Shown: positions 29,078 through 40,600 of the stretch, in pieces
Position numbering within the stretch: the first letter of the stretch is position 1
How the letters are laid out: the number at the start of each line of letters is the position of its first letter
IMG/VR virus record: IMGVR_UViG_3300027770_000038
Location: 48,806 to 112,805 of that record
DNA length: 64,000 nt
Origin: a virus
Taxonomy: Duplodnaviria > Caudoviricetes
Reading direction: 5' to 3' (one strand)
Notes under the pieces: generated by a model
The model's input: only the letters and a program-made list of their open reading frames with translations
The model's database searches: none
What the model was told of the DNA's origin: nothing
Program-made: the position numbers and the translations under genes

Positions 29078-29887
29078 TTAAAAACTCCTTTTTAATGATA
29101 TCTTACTTTCTGCATATTCATCAACATTAATTGTTATGCTAGATGAATCTATTTTACTTCCAGACGTATCTATAATAAAAATAGAATTACCTCCGAAAGT
29201 ACGAATATTAACTTTTGCATTTTCTGCTGTAGCGACAACAGAATTAGAAAAATTAGAATTAAAGTCCTCAATTGTGAAATTAAAATCTTCTTGCCCTGCC
29301 GAAAGGTCTATCTGTCTAGGCCTTCTTTGACCCACGGAATAGATTGGATTCCAATTTATGGAAAGAGAATAATCAAGACCAAGCACATTATAAGCTGTAT
29401 TTGACACAGTGCCAGACACTCTAACATTCCAAGAATGCGCCAATCCAGATCCACTGCTAAATACATTAGAAGTTGCCTTGCCAAGCAAAGATCCCGAAAT
29501 ATCAGAGTAATTAGAGAAAGAAGCCGTAGCTTGAATTTTTGAATTTGGTACGATATTTAAAGAAAATCTAGAAGGATAGAACATCCCGCTAACACCAGCA
29601 ATTTTCAAAACTATAGGAATTCTAGACTCTGGAAAGCTATTAATAAAAACTCCTGTTTTTAGGTAATCGAAACACTTAAAAATAGGATCAGCAGAAAACA
29701 AAAAATAAGAGAAATCAACAGTTGTTTCATCTGCCTTAGTTTTGATCATTTGAGAAGCGTTCTTCCTTCCAAATGTATAAGTAGAATCTATACTTCTATT
29801 TACATTAACAGAAGCATTCTGAGCTTGGATTAGCCCTGATCCAAAAATCGAATTGACGAATACGTCACACTCATTAAAATATTTCAT
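29078..29887 (-). CDS. Tail-tube-like minor tail protein
   Basis: 'AQNASVNVNRSIDSTYTFG' and 'LDYSLSINWNPIYSVGQRRP' are similar to its neighbours and to the major tube proteins. Confidence 0.55.
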   Translation of the reverse strand: MKYFNECDVFVNSIFGSGLIQAQNASVNVNRSIDSTYTFGRKNASQMIKTKADETTVDFSYFLFSADPIFKCFDYLKTGVFINSFPESRIPIVLKIAGVSGMFYPSRFSLNIVPNSKIQATASFSNYSDISGSLLGKATSNVFSSGSGLAHSWNVRVSGTVSNTAYNVLGLDYSLSINWNPIYSVGQRRPRQIDLSAGQEDFNFTIEDFNSNFSNSVVATAENAKVNIRTFGGNSIFIIDTSGSKIDSSSITINVDEYAESKISLKRSF

Positions 29888-29897
29888 CCCTTTTTCC

Positions 29898-30716
29898 TTA
29901 TTTAAAAAACCCCTTGTACTTTACCACAACCTCTACAGCAGAATTTACACTAGCAGAGAAGTCTTCGGAAACATCAATAAAATAAGATAACGCATTAGCA
30001 AAGTTAAAATTAACAGCATTTCCATTAAAATCTTTAGTATTTATATAAAAATTATTTGCACTTTTCAAATCAAAACTCAAAGTAGATAATTTCTGAAGAG
30101 TATAGCTGTCTTGCGAAATAGTGAAATCACACTCTACTCCTATTGGGTAGTCAGTTGTAACAGAAAAGGGTGTTTGACTGCCTATATAGTATACTGGATA
30201 TCTTGGAGTATTTATTGTTAGATTAAAAGAGGATACTCTGTTTGTGGCAAAATCTGATATGCCTATATCAATAGTATTAGAATTCACTAAAGAAACAGCA
30301 CTTGAAGAATTAAAAGAGCCCGAAGAAGGGATAGTGCCAGCATCATTAAATATATCAAATGAAGCCCTGACCATAGGCACTTCATCTATTTGAGCAGAGC
30401 ATGAATAAGAATTTAAATAACACCCTTGGAACCCAAATAATATATTGGAACTAGGATTTGCTTTTTTAGTTATGAACCCATAGTTAGCGACATCACCAGT
30501 TAGTGCAAGAAAGTCATTACTTGTTGTTAATAAACTGTTTACAGATAGACTTCCTATTCTGGCTCCTTGAGGCGTATGGGTACTGCTGCTCATACCAATG
30601 AACTTGTTATGGTCAACTGGTATTTTGTAAGAGCATTGAATATCCTGAACCCCATGAATCTGTTTCTGATTCAAGTAGAAATCTAAATTTTTCTTATTTA
30701 TTCTTGAGAATGCCAT
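29898..30716 (-). CDS. Tail-tube-like minor tail protein
   Basis: 'HGVQDIQCSY', 'GCYLNSYSCSAQIDEVPMV' and 'FNLTINTPRYPVYYIGS...DYPI' align by eye with 57118-58299. Confidence 0.65.
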   Translation of the reverse strand: MAFSRINKKNLDFYLNQKQIHGVQDIQCSYKIPVDHNKFIGMSSSTHTPQGARIGSLSVNSLLTTSNDFLALTGDVANYGFITKKANPSSNILFGFQGCYLNSYSCSAQIDEVPMVRASFDIFNDAGTIPSSGSFNSSSAVSLVNSNTIDIGISDFATNRVSSFNLTINTPRYPVYYIGSQTPFSVTTDYPIGVECDFTISQDSYTLQKLSTLSFDLKSANNFYINTKDFNGNAVNFNFANALSYFIDVSEDFSASVNSAVEVVVKYKGFFK

Positions 30717-30725
30717 CTTATTTTA

Positions 30726-30751
30726 TTATTTACACAAAAAAGTGTAATAAT
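30726..30751. promoter_or_regulatory. Back-to-back pair of GTGTAA motifs (divergent candidate late promoters)
   Basis: GTGTAAATAA on - (30726-30735) precedes the ATG at 30716. GTGTAATAAT on + (30742-30751) precedes the ATG at 30774. Confidence 0.65.
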
Positions 30752-30773
30752 AAGTTGGTAAAAGGTAAAAGGT

Positions 30774-31328
30774 ATGTCTAGTTCAATTTTTAATATTAGT
30801 TCATGGAGCAATTCTGTCGCATACAATAAGCATGATATTATCGTATACACAGATAATCGGTATTATTACGCTAAAGCCGCTGTACCTGCGAATAATGCAC
30901 CAGTTTACTCTAGTGTTATTTCTAATTCAGATGCTTATTGGGGAGGCTTCTTTCAACATCCTGTTGTCAAAAAAGACTATCCATTGTTTATTTGGAAGCC
31001 TTCTTATCAAACTCAAGCTAGTTTTGAACCAAAAGTAAGCGTAGTTAAATACGGAGATGGCTACGAAAAGAGAGTAAGCGATCAAATTAATTTTAATCTT
31101 CTTAATTTTGATTTAAACTTTGACGGTCTAACTCTAGACGAATGTACAGCAATTTTGCACTTTTTAAGCGCAAGATCTGCTAAGTCTGCTTTTATCTATT
31201 ACCCATCCGCCCCTTATTCTGTAGCTTCTACAGACGCTAAACTATTTGTATGCAGAAGATGGGGATCATCTAATCCATTCTTTAATAATTTTTCTATAAA
31301 AGCAACCTTCGAAGAAGTACCAGCATAA
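30774..31328 (+). CDS. Lambda gpM-like distal tail protein with a CBM5/12-like N-terminal module
   Basis: 'FIWKPSY...KVSVVKYGDGYEKR...IN', 'ILHFL', 'IKATFEEV'. Confidence 0.85.
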   Translation: MSSSIFNISSWSNSVAYNKHDIIVYTDNRYYYAKAAVPANNAPVYSSVISNSDAYWGGFFQHPVVKKDYPLFIWKPSYQTQASFEPKVSVVKYGDGYEKRVSDQINFNLLNFDLNFDGLTLDECTAILHFLSARSAKSAFIYYPSAPYSVASTDAKLFVCRRWGSSNPFFNNFSIKATFEEVPA

Positions 31329-31332
31329 GATT

Positions 31333-32457
31333 ATGGCTACTCAACAAGAAATTAAAAACGCATCTTTAAAAGTAAATAAGGAATTTTTCTCTCTTGAGCC
31401 TTCTTCTATTATTTCTTTATTTGAAGTTGATTTAACTGAAATTGGTTTTGACACAGATCCCCAATTCGTCGTTAATCTTAAGAATTTTCAAATAGTATTA
31501 CCGGGAGGGGATGATGGAGTTTTTAATTATAAAGTAATACGTCTTCATAACAATCTAAAACTTGGAAGGAATATCATCTATTGGAAGGGAAATGCTTATT
31601 TACCGGCTCCGCTTGCCACAGAAGGGTTTGAATTAGCTTCAAGAGGCGTATTTCCAAAACCCAAAGTTCAAATAAGTTTTTCTGATGACATGCTTGATGT
31701 GTTTTCTTTATTTAGAGGAACTATTAATTTTGGCGACTTGATTGGCGCGAAATTTACAAGAATTAGAACATTTGCCAAGTTCCTTGACAGGAATAATTTT
31801 TATCAAGCTGATGGAGTATCTACTCTGTCTCCTGATAAATTGATTATACCAGAAGGGTTTGATCCTGATCCTAATTGTGAATTTCCCAGAGATATTTATT
31901 ATTTTGATAGGAAATCTTCTGAAAATAAAAACAGTATTCAGTTTGAATTGTCAAGCGCTATAGATTTAGACAGAGCGAAACTGCCTAAGAGAAGAGTTTT
32001 AAGTTATATTTGCCCTTGGCAGTATAGAGGAGAAGGCTGTCTTTATGAATACGAAGGAAAACTAAGCGAAGACACTCATGGCACTATAACTCCAATACCA
32101 AATAAAAGCGATTCTACTGGAGCGAAAGCCCCTCTTTGCGCCACAGAAGACGATCAGATAATTTCAAAAATGCCAATTTTTTCTGGCACAACCGTAGGGA
32201 CTAACAAGATAGAATCTTGGAAATTGTCAACGACTTACAACAAAGGAGATGTAGTTTTTATTAATAAGAAAAATATTAATTTTTACTTCGTAGCCAAAAC
32301 AAACGTCCCTATGGATACGCCTCCTCCAAATGGACAGTATTGGATAGCTGACCAATGCTCTAAAAGCGTAAAAGGTTGCAAAATAAGATTTGGAGAAAAC
32401 CCTTTGCCTTTCGGCGGTTTCTATGGAGTGTCTAATTATAATAGAGGAGCGTTGTAA
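31333..32457 (+). CDS. Lambda gpL-like tail tip protein (Fe-S cysteines)
   Basis: 'EGFELASRG..PKP', 'RIRTFAKFLD..NF', 'FELSS', 'CPWQYRGEGC', 'DQCSKSVKGCKIRFG...PFGGF'. Confidence 0.9.
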   Translation: MATQQEIKNASLKVNKEFFSLEPSSIISLFEVDLTEIGFDTDPQFVVNLKNFQIVLPGGDDGVFNYKVIRLHNNLKLGRNIIYWKGNAYLPAPLATEGFELASRGVFPKPKVQISFSDDMLDVFSLFRGTINFGDLIGAKFTRIRTFAKFLDRNNFYQADGVSTLSPDKLIIPEGFDPDPNCEFPRDIYYFDRKSSENKNSIQFELSSAIDLDRAKLPKRRVLSYICPWQYRGEGCLYEYEGKLSEDTHGTITPIPNKSDSTGAKAPLCATEDDQIISKMPIFSGTTVGTNKIESWKLSTTYNKGDVVFINKKNINFYFVAKTNVPMDTPPPNGQYWIADQCSKSVKGCKIRFGENPLPFGGFYGVSNYNRGAL

Positions 32458-33215
32458 TGATTGCGGATGAGATAAAAGCAAAAATAAAAGGACACGCATT
32501 AAAGGAAAATCCTGAAGAATGTTGCGGTCTTTTGCTCCTAAATAAAAAAAATATACTAGAATCTTTTCCTTGTAAAAATATAGCTCAGGATAAGGAAAAT
32601 GAATTTGTTGTATGCCAGCTAGACTACTTAAAGGCAGCAATGAATGGCAAAATTGTTGGGATTTATCATTCTCATTGTATACAAGACAACTCTTTCTCAG
32701 AGCTAGACAAACAGATAAGCCACAAGCTTAACCTAAAAAACATAGTTTATATACTGAAAAGGGATTCTTTTGAAGAGTATTCTCCAGAAAATTACTATAA
32801 TAAATACGTTGATAAAGACTTTGTGATTGGGGTATCTGACTGTTTATCAATAGTAGAAAACTATTACAATGAAGAATTCGGCATTAAAATTTTCCATTAT
32901 GAAAGAACAGCAGATTGGGATAAGGACTATCCAGAGTTTGTAAAAAATAAATTAGCAGAGTTTTGCGACTCGCAAAATTTTGATAAATTCTTTGAAAAAG
33001 AAAATTTCATTAAGATCGAAGGAATAGAAAATGCCAAAAAACACGACATCATTGCATTCAAATACCTAGAAAATTACCCTTCCCACTTTGGTATTTATCT
33101 CGGGCAAAACTATATTTTACACCAACCAAGAAATAAAAAATCAATCATTGAAAAGCTCACAGACGCAGAGAAAAGAAGAATCTACTGCTTCGTAAGGAGT
33201 AATCAAATATGTTAA
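32457..33215 (+). CDS. Lambda gpK-like tail assembly protein (JAB/MPN + NlpC/P60), copy 1
   Basis: 'PEECCGLL', 'YHSH...SELD', 'SDCLSIV', 'HFGIYLG..ILHQ'. Confidence 0.88.
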   Translation: MIADEIKAKIKGHALKENPEECCGLLLLNKKNILESFPCKNIAQDKENEFVVCQLDYLKAAMNGKIVGIYHSHCIQDNSFSELDKQISHKLNLKNIVYILKRDSFEEYSPENYYNKYVDKDFVIGVSDCLSIVENYYNEEFGIKIFHYERTADWDKDYPEFVKNKLAEFCDSQNFDKFFEKENFIKIEGIENAKKHDIIAFKYLENYPSHFGIYLGQNYILHQPRNKKSIIEKLTDAEKRRIYCFVRSNQIC

Positions 33216-33955
33216 CAGAAGAAATCAAAAACAAAATTATTGAACACGCCAATACTTCTAATAATGAAGTATGTGGACTTGTTGTACATTCAGAGTCTGG
33301 ATTAGAAATACAAAAGACAGAAAATCTTATCAATTCAGCTACGGAATTTATGATGAATTTTGATAACCAGTCTAATGTCGCTGCCTATTATCATTCTCAT
33401 ATTGATTTTGACAGCATTTCAGATGCAGATATAATTGTGTCCGAAAGATTAGGATTGCCATGCGTTGTTTATAATAAACAAAGCGGATCTTTCTATATCT
33501 ATAATCCAAACAGTTATAAAATTCAGTATACAGGAAGGCCTTTCCTTTTGGGATTTGCAGATTGTTTGTGGCTAGTCAAAGACTATTATGCACATGATTT
33601 GAATCTTCATCTCTGCCCAGAATTAGAAGTCCTTAAAAATAATGTTTCTGAAGAAGAGTATAATGAGACAGCAAGCAAAAGACTTCTAGACGAAGAAGCC
33701 GCTTTGAAAGATAAAGATAACTATTTAAAGAGATACTTTGAATACAACGGATTTAGAGAAGTTTCTAATTTTAAAAAGAATGATGTCTTGATAATGAGAA
33801 CCAAAAGATTCGATTTCCCAATCCATTGCGCCGTTCACCTTGGAGGAGATATGATTTTGCATCATCCCGGAAATAAGACTTCTCTTACCGAAAAGCTTTC
33901 TAACCAACACAAAAAATGGGTAATTTATATAATGAGACATAACCTTTATGACTAA
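33209..33955 (+). CDS. Lambda gpK-like tail assembly protein (JAB/MPN + NlpC/P60), copy 2
   Basis: 'EVCGLV', 'YHSH...SDAD', 'GRPFLLGFADCLWLVKDYY', 'HCAVHLG..ILHH'. Confidence 0.88.
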   Translation: MLTEEIKNKIIEHANTSNNEVCGLVVHSESGLEIQKTENLINSATEFMMNFDNQSNVAAYYHSHIDFDSISDADIIVSERLGLPCVVYNKQSGSFYIYNPNSYKIQYTGRPFLLGFADCLWLVKDYYAHDLNLHLCPELEVLKNNVSEEEYNETASKRLLDEEAALKDKDNYLKRYFEYNGFREVSNFKKNDVLIMRTKRFDFPIHCAVHLGGDMILHHPGNKTSLTEKLSNQHKKWVIYIMRHNLYD

Positions 33956-34688
33956 TATCACCTTACACGGAGAAATAGCGGAGCAAATAGGAAGAGAGAA
34001 CTGGAAAATAAAAGTAAATTCCATAAAAGAAGCACTGCGAGCAATTCAGGTTTTGTCGAAGGGAAAGTTGTTGAAATATTTAATTGGAGCGGCAGAAAAA
34101 AGCGTAGAGTACAAGGTGATCGTCAATAAAAGAGAAATAATGAATCCAGAAAAGATTTCTCTAGAAAGACCAGAATCTATTCTTAATTCTGAATTAGTAA
34201 TGATAAATGAGAAATTAGAGACTTTAGATATTGTGCCTATCATTAAAGGCGCTGGCGGCGGAGGCGGCAACGGCACCACAAAAGGAGTATTAGCTTTAGT
34301 TCTTGGAATTATATTGATTGCCACGGGTATAGGAGCAGCAGGTGGAGTCACCTTTCTTGGCATGGCAGGGGCCGCAGGAGGAACAGGTGCAACTGTTTTA
34401 TCTGGCGCACTAATCGGCGCAGGTATCGGATTAGCGGTAACTGGTATTACTTTATTAATGATGTCGCCTCCAAAATTTGATGACTTTAGAAAAATTCAAG
34501 AAGACGGCAGTAAGCCGAACTATTTATTTGACGGACCTTCTAACATTCTTGGAGAAGGTGGCCCTGTGCCAATTGGTTATGGTAAGATGAAAATTGGATC
34601 TCAAACAGTTGAAGTGTCTATTAATAATGTTGAACTTGGTACTAAATCGACAGCAACAGACATAAAAGATCAAATCAATAAGATATAA
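33948..34688 (+). CDS. Lambda gpI-like tail assembly protein
   Basis: 'ITLHGEIAEQIG', 'EALRAI', 'IVPIIKGAG', Gly/Ala hydrophobic stretch, 'YLFDGPSN...GGPVPIGYG...IGS'. Confidence 0.88.
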   Translation: MTNITLHGEIAEQIGRENWKIKVNSIKEALRAIQVLSKGKLLKYLIGAAEKSVEYKVIVNKREIMNPEKISLERPESILNSELVMINEKLETLDIVPIIKGAGGGGGNGTTKGVLALVLGIILIATGIGAAGGVTFLGMAGAAGGTGATVLSGALIGAGIGLAVTGITLLMMSPPKFDDFRKIQEDGSKPNYLFDGPSNILGEGGPVPIGYGKMKIGSQTVEVSINNVELGTKSTATDIKDQINKI

Positions 34689-34689
34689 A

Positions 34690-37600
34690 ATGAATAATTT
34701 TGAAGATTTTAAATACATAAAAGGTTTTGGTGGTGGCGGTGGCGCATCAAGCCAATCCCCATCACCAACTTCTGCATACGAAGATGTTGAGGGGTTCGTC
34801 TACGATGGGCTTGCTTATAATGTATATCAATTCGCCAAAGTAAAAGACCTTTTATCAGAAGGGCCAATTGGGGGCTTGCTTGAAGGGCAGTATCTTTTTT
34901 CAGGTCAAGTTGGAGATCTAGGTTTTAAAAAAGTTACTTATAATGAATATCCATCAGTAATAGGAAGCGACGGCGAATCAAAATATTTAAGATCGGTACA
35001 ATGGAATCAAACACCTCTTTTAGATAGTCAAGACAAATACAACTTCCAACAAATAGATATCCAAGTAACAAATGGAACTCCAGTAGGTACTTCATCAGGA
35101 GGAGAGTTTGATAATGTCTCTTACATCCGCTCAATAGGAGAAAGGCTAAGAGGACCAAATCAATTAGCTACCACTGAAGATGATGTCCTTGATTATCAAA
35201 GGAGTTATCGCATTCTTAATAGAGAATGCAAAAAGATGTCTCTTGTTTTTAGAGTTTCTTCTCTTTATATTGCTTTAAAATATCAAGATCTAGAAGCTGT
35301 ACAAGAAAAAGGATTTAAAATAGAAGGCGTTACAGCGGCAAATAAAACCAATGGTAATTTTACATTAGACCCCTCAACTAGAGAAGTCGAATTAACCGAT
35401 GGAAAGACGTTAGATGCAGGAGTAGGCTCTGTAATACGCCATAATTTTAAAATCAGAGTTAGAATTTCTCCAATTTATAAAGAAGGCTACAATGGAAACT
35501 CTGCGACTATTCCTTTGACTTCAGATAAAGTTAAAGTAGTCAATGATGCAAAAGATCTAGTAGTTAGCGTAGACTCATTTCCTCAAGTATTCGAAATACA
35601 ATCAAAAGGAAAAGTTACCCAAGGTTACTCTAAACAAGTTATTTTTGATGCTTCTTCTAAATTCCTTTCGTTAAATGACAACGAAAATTGGTTGGGCTGG
35701 GATATTTCAGTATTAAAAATTACTCCAGAAGATACTTATTCTTCAAGAGTTTCTTTCGTAAACTTAGAGAGCATTACTGAAATTTATTCTTCTTCATTCA
35801 GATATACTAATTCTGCAATCGTAACTTCTAAATTTAATGCTGCATACTTTTCAAAAATACCAGAAAGGTCATATGATGTTAAACTGTTGAAGGTTAAAGT
35901 CCCTGCTAATTATGATCCGATAACCAAGACTTACGGCAATACTACTCCTCTTTCAATTACAGAAACCAATTCATTTAAGAAAACGGACAAAGTAATAACA
36001 ACAGATTTCTTTATTGGAGAGAATAATTCTTATGCAAATTCTGACAATGTTAATCCTCCAATTACAGATGGGTTAATTGCTCAATTTGATGCGAGCAATC
36101 CTTCCTTAACTACTTCGGCAGGAGGAGAGGTAACTAGTTGGCCCAATACCGTAGCTGGAACCATAAAATGTGTCTTAGGAAATGGAACTTACGCAGCCCC
36201 TGCTGGAACTACCGCTAGACCAAAATATGGATCAAGCCACTCAGAGCAAAGCCCCAATGGAAATTATGGAGTTTCGTTTACGACAAGTCAAAAAGCAAGA
36301 TTTGTTTATCAAACTGAAGAAGCCTCGTTTTCTGACGCTAGTAATAATTATACTATTTTTACAGTATGCAAATGGCATGATAGCGCAACAAGCGCAGAAA
36401 GAAACAAGATAATTTCATCATCTACCACACCTTCTTCTTTTGTTTTAGGTTTCGATGCTAAATTCAATAGCACATTTGTTATAGGAGCCCAAGTTTATGG
36501 CGTAATGCCAATTAATTATTATCAATTCAATCGATCTAATTACTGGGACACTTCTAACGACACAAATACTTATATAGTAGGAGCGAGCGTAAACAATCTA
36601 AAAGATATAAATATTTTTTGGCAAAACACTAATCATTACGCAAAACCAGTTTTTGCAGTAGCCGCCCCAAAAGGATTAGCCATCAATTCAGCAGGAGCCA
36701 CTAGCAGATGCACCGTATTTGAAATATTAGTTTACAGTAAAGCTCTGTCGAAATCAGACGGTATAAAGATAAGGAACTGGTTAAACAATAAATGGAACGT
36801 AACTAGAAATAGCGTAAGCACGACAACTACAACTGGGTCTTATAATACTAATGTCCTTAATGTGGGCGCAAGCACTTATTTAAAAATGCCATTAAAAACT
36901 CTTTGCGCTAATGGTCAAGCAACAAAAGCCTACAGTTATGCAGGAGGCAACTTAGCTCCATCTAATTATTATCAATTCGATTTAATACCTCAAAGATATT
37001 GGAAAAACTCCACTGCTCCATCCAGCTTTTCTTTAAAAGATCAAGGATTTTGCAGTTTCTATTGCGACTTTTTTATCAAACTAAGCGCAAGCACCTCAAA
37101 CGGCAACTATACTTTAATTCATAGAGATAATCAATTTAATCTTTCTATGACCATAGCTGGACAAAATGTGAGTTTAATACTCACAATTATTTCTTCAAAT
37201 GATGGTAAAAAATATACCATAACAAAAGCATTAGATTCGACAAGGTATTCAACAACCAGACTCAAAGACGCTTTTACAAGAATTAGTTTTTATGTATTAC
37301 CAAAAGTAGTCAAACCAAGTATATCGTATAACGCAAACGCTGCTAAAGTAACTAACATAAATATATCCGATAAAAATTGGACTAATGGCGATATAGCAGT
37401 TACAAGGGTAACAACTAATGAAAACGAAAAAGCATTAGCGCAAGAACTAAAAGATTTTTATTTAGTAAAAGCAGTAAGCTTTAAAGAAGACACTTCCTAT
37501 AGTAGTGAAATAAGTAATTTGCCAGAAACTTGCTATAAGTATATATACTGCGGTTTCTTCTCTTCAATGGCTCAACTTGGAGGTAGATCTTCTCCTTATT

Positions 37601-40600
37601 CTCCTGTTGTTGAAAGAAGATTGACTAAAGAATATTTTCCTGACATACTAAATGCAGAAATAGATGTTCTAGTAAATCTTGAGAAGCAAATTCAATGTAA
37701 TATAAATATTGCTAATTACTCTAGTTATCAAACTCTTTGCGTGGGAGCTTTATTGAGGCCAAATTCAGACACTACTTTTCAAAACGAAATAAATCAAAGA
37801 GTACAAATAAGCGCCATTTCTCAAGCAGCTTTAGATGCTTATAACAAATTAGACGCACATAAAACATTCGATGGGTCTTCTACTTCAATAACTCTTGATT
37901 CTTCTCAAGAACAGGTCAAAGTCCTTATCCCTCTCGCTGCTGGGCAAATATATGATGCAGCGAATACAAAAACTGGCCCATTTATACCATCTTACTTTAT
38001 AGCAAACAATAATCAAATAGAAATATTTACAGATAAATCTGTTGAATTTGGCGGCAAGATACAAGGATTCGCTGATTCGATCAGAGTAAATCAAATTGAT
38101 TTCGACAGACTTTCTTTAGCTCAAGCTTTTGCAAGAAATCTTTTTTCAGAAGGTCTTTCTAGAAAAACTGTTGTTTACGATGCAGCGGGAGTTTTGCCTT
38201 ATTCTACCTCAAATGATTATTGGGATGGAGAATTTAAAACTAATAAAGAGTGGACCGATAATCCAGCTTGGTGCTTCTACGATCTCTTAACAAATAAAAG
38301 ATATGGAGTAGGTAATTATGTCACAGAAAATGATGTAGATAAATGGTCTCTTTATCAAATAGCTAAGTATTGCGACGAACTTGTTTCAGATGGATTTGGA
38401 GGAGTAGAGCCAAGATTTACTTGCGACCTTTATATACAAAGTCAAGATGATGCCCTTAAAGTATTGTCTGATATGGCGTCAGTATTTAGAGGGATGTTTT
38501 ATTACTCAAATGGATTCATTTACGCCATAAATGATATGCCAGAAGAGACTCCTATTTACTCTTTTACCAACTCTAATGTCGTTGACGGAAACTTCAATTA
38601 CGAATCTACTTCGCTAAAAGACAGAAACTCTGCTGTATATGTTCGTTATATTGATAAAAATAACTTCTATAAACCAGCAGTAGAATACGTTGAAAATATC
38701 GAAGCGGTTAGAAAATTCGGATTTAAAGAAACCGAATTAACAGCCTTCGGATGCACAAGCAGAGGTCAAGCTCAAAGACTTGGCAGATGGTTGTTAGCTT
38801 CAGAGTATAATGAAACAGAGACTGTATCTTTTGAATCTGGTCCAGAGTGCGTATATCTAAAACCCGGAGATGTAATTAAAGTTCATGATTACAATAGAAA
38901 ATACAAGACAGTAGGAGGAAGATTAAATAATATTAATATCTCTGGAGGTGTTAATGCGACCACTGGTATATTAGCATTAGATAGGAAACTTGATTTCAAT
39001 TTCTCAGGAAACCGAAATTATAAATTGACAATACTATCTCCTAAGTATAATCTCGACCCCAGTTTTCAAGGAGCGGTAACAAGTAATAATGACTATAACG
39101 AATACAGAAAACCACTAACTAATTCTTTTATAATTAATAGCGGCAATTTAATCACTGGTCAATATTATGACTCTATAAGAATTACCGGATTAGCGCCAGT
39201 AATGGCTTCTGGACTAAATGTAACTGGATTATCTTATTTTACTGGAGCATCTGGAATGTCTCCAAAATCAATAACTTGGGCTTTGGAAAATTCAGGGAAT
39301 TTAAATGGTTCTACAGATAGTGATTATGATTTTTACAGAGTATTTAGAATTCAAGAATCTACAGAGGGAAGTAGCTACACCGTCATGGGTTCCCAAATGT
39401 ATCACTTAAAATATGCTCAAATAGAATCTGGACTTAATATTACTCCAGCAAAAGCACCAGCACCAGAAGCTTCTGCTCCTTCAAGAGCCTTATTTACCCT
39501 TGGAGTTACAGAGTCTAACGGCGTAATAGATCAGAGCAAAGTTAGTGTCGAAATCTTCTATGACTCTTCCATAAAAGACACTACAATAGGGTTTAAAATA
39601 TTCAATAAAGCATTCTATGGATCTGATTTTAATCCAAATAGCTCTAGTGACTTTACGTTTGTTCCAATTGACATTTATGAATCCTATGTAAGAACGGCGC
39701 TAGACAAAGAAAAAATAAAAGGCTCTATAAGGATTTACGGCACGAATATTAATAACAGTTCTCCATTGTCTTATGTTGAGGCTTCAAGTTCTGATAATTC
39801 AAGTGAAATATTTGTTTCTCCAATTGTTGCAATTACTTATGACGATGTAAATACAAGCTCTTCTATTACTGTAAATAATAAAGTCTATAGCTTTGGATCT
39901 CCAATCACTTTAACAAAATCAGAGTATTTTCAATCTTCAATACCATCACAAGTTCAATCAATTAAACCCTCAGAGTCTTTATCGTTTAATATACCCTTGC
40001 AATTTATAAAGAATCCAAACAAGTTTAATAATCTTGATTACCCTTATAGGATAGTAATTATACCTGAAAAAGTAGATACAAAAGGAGCCTTTAGCACTAT
40101 CTATGATAAATACCTTAACTCCTCCGCAAGCTGGGAAGAGTATTTGACATTTGACGAAGATAGTACCGACGATAATATATATAATTATAAAACTTCAAAT
40201 GTTTTAGGCAGATATAGAGACTTTTCTTTAGCTATAGACAAGAGAACATTTACGGATTCTGGCATGAAGTCTACTTCAAATGACTTCAAAAATGCAGATG
40301 GATTTTTGTTGGTAACTTATGATAATCAAGACCTTAACTTAAAAGCTTCTCTAAATGCAATTTTAAATGATACAAGAGCGACCTATTCGATTGTCACAAG
40401 TCAAGGATCAAATAGATTAAGATTTACTATTCAACAAAATTCTGCGAGTTCTTTTATTAATGCCTTTTATTTATTATTAATACCTAGCGATAGCACTTTC
40501 AAGTTTGGAGTCAATTCAATAAATCACAATTCTGACGGCACACCTCTCTCAATTAATGACGCGACTGGAAAAGAAATAATTGACTCTCATTTTGTAACTA

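Noticed and set aside
30717-30773. Inverted repeat as a terminator or invertase site
   Set aside because: It is AT-rich, lies between divergent start codons, and has no visible partner at the other end of the inverted block. Two back-to-back promoter motifs explain it better.
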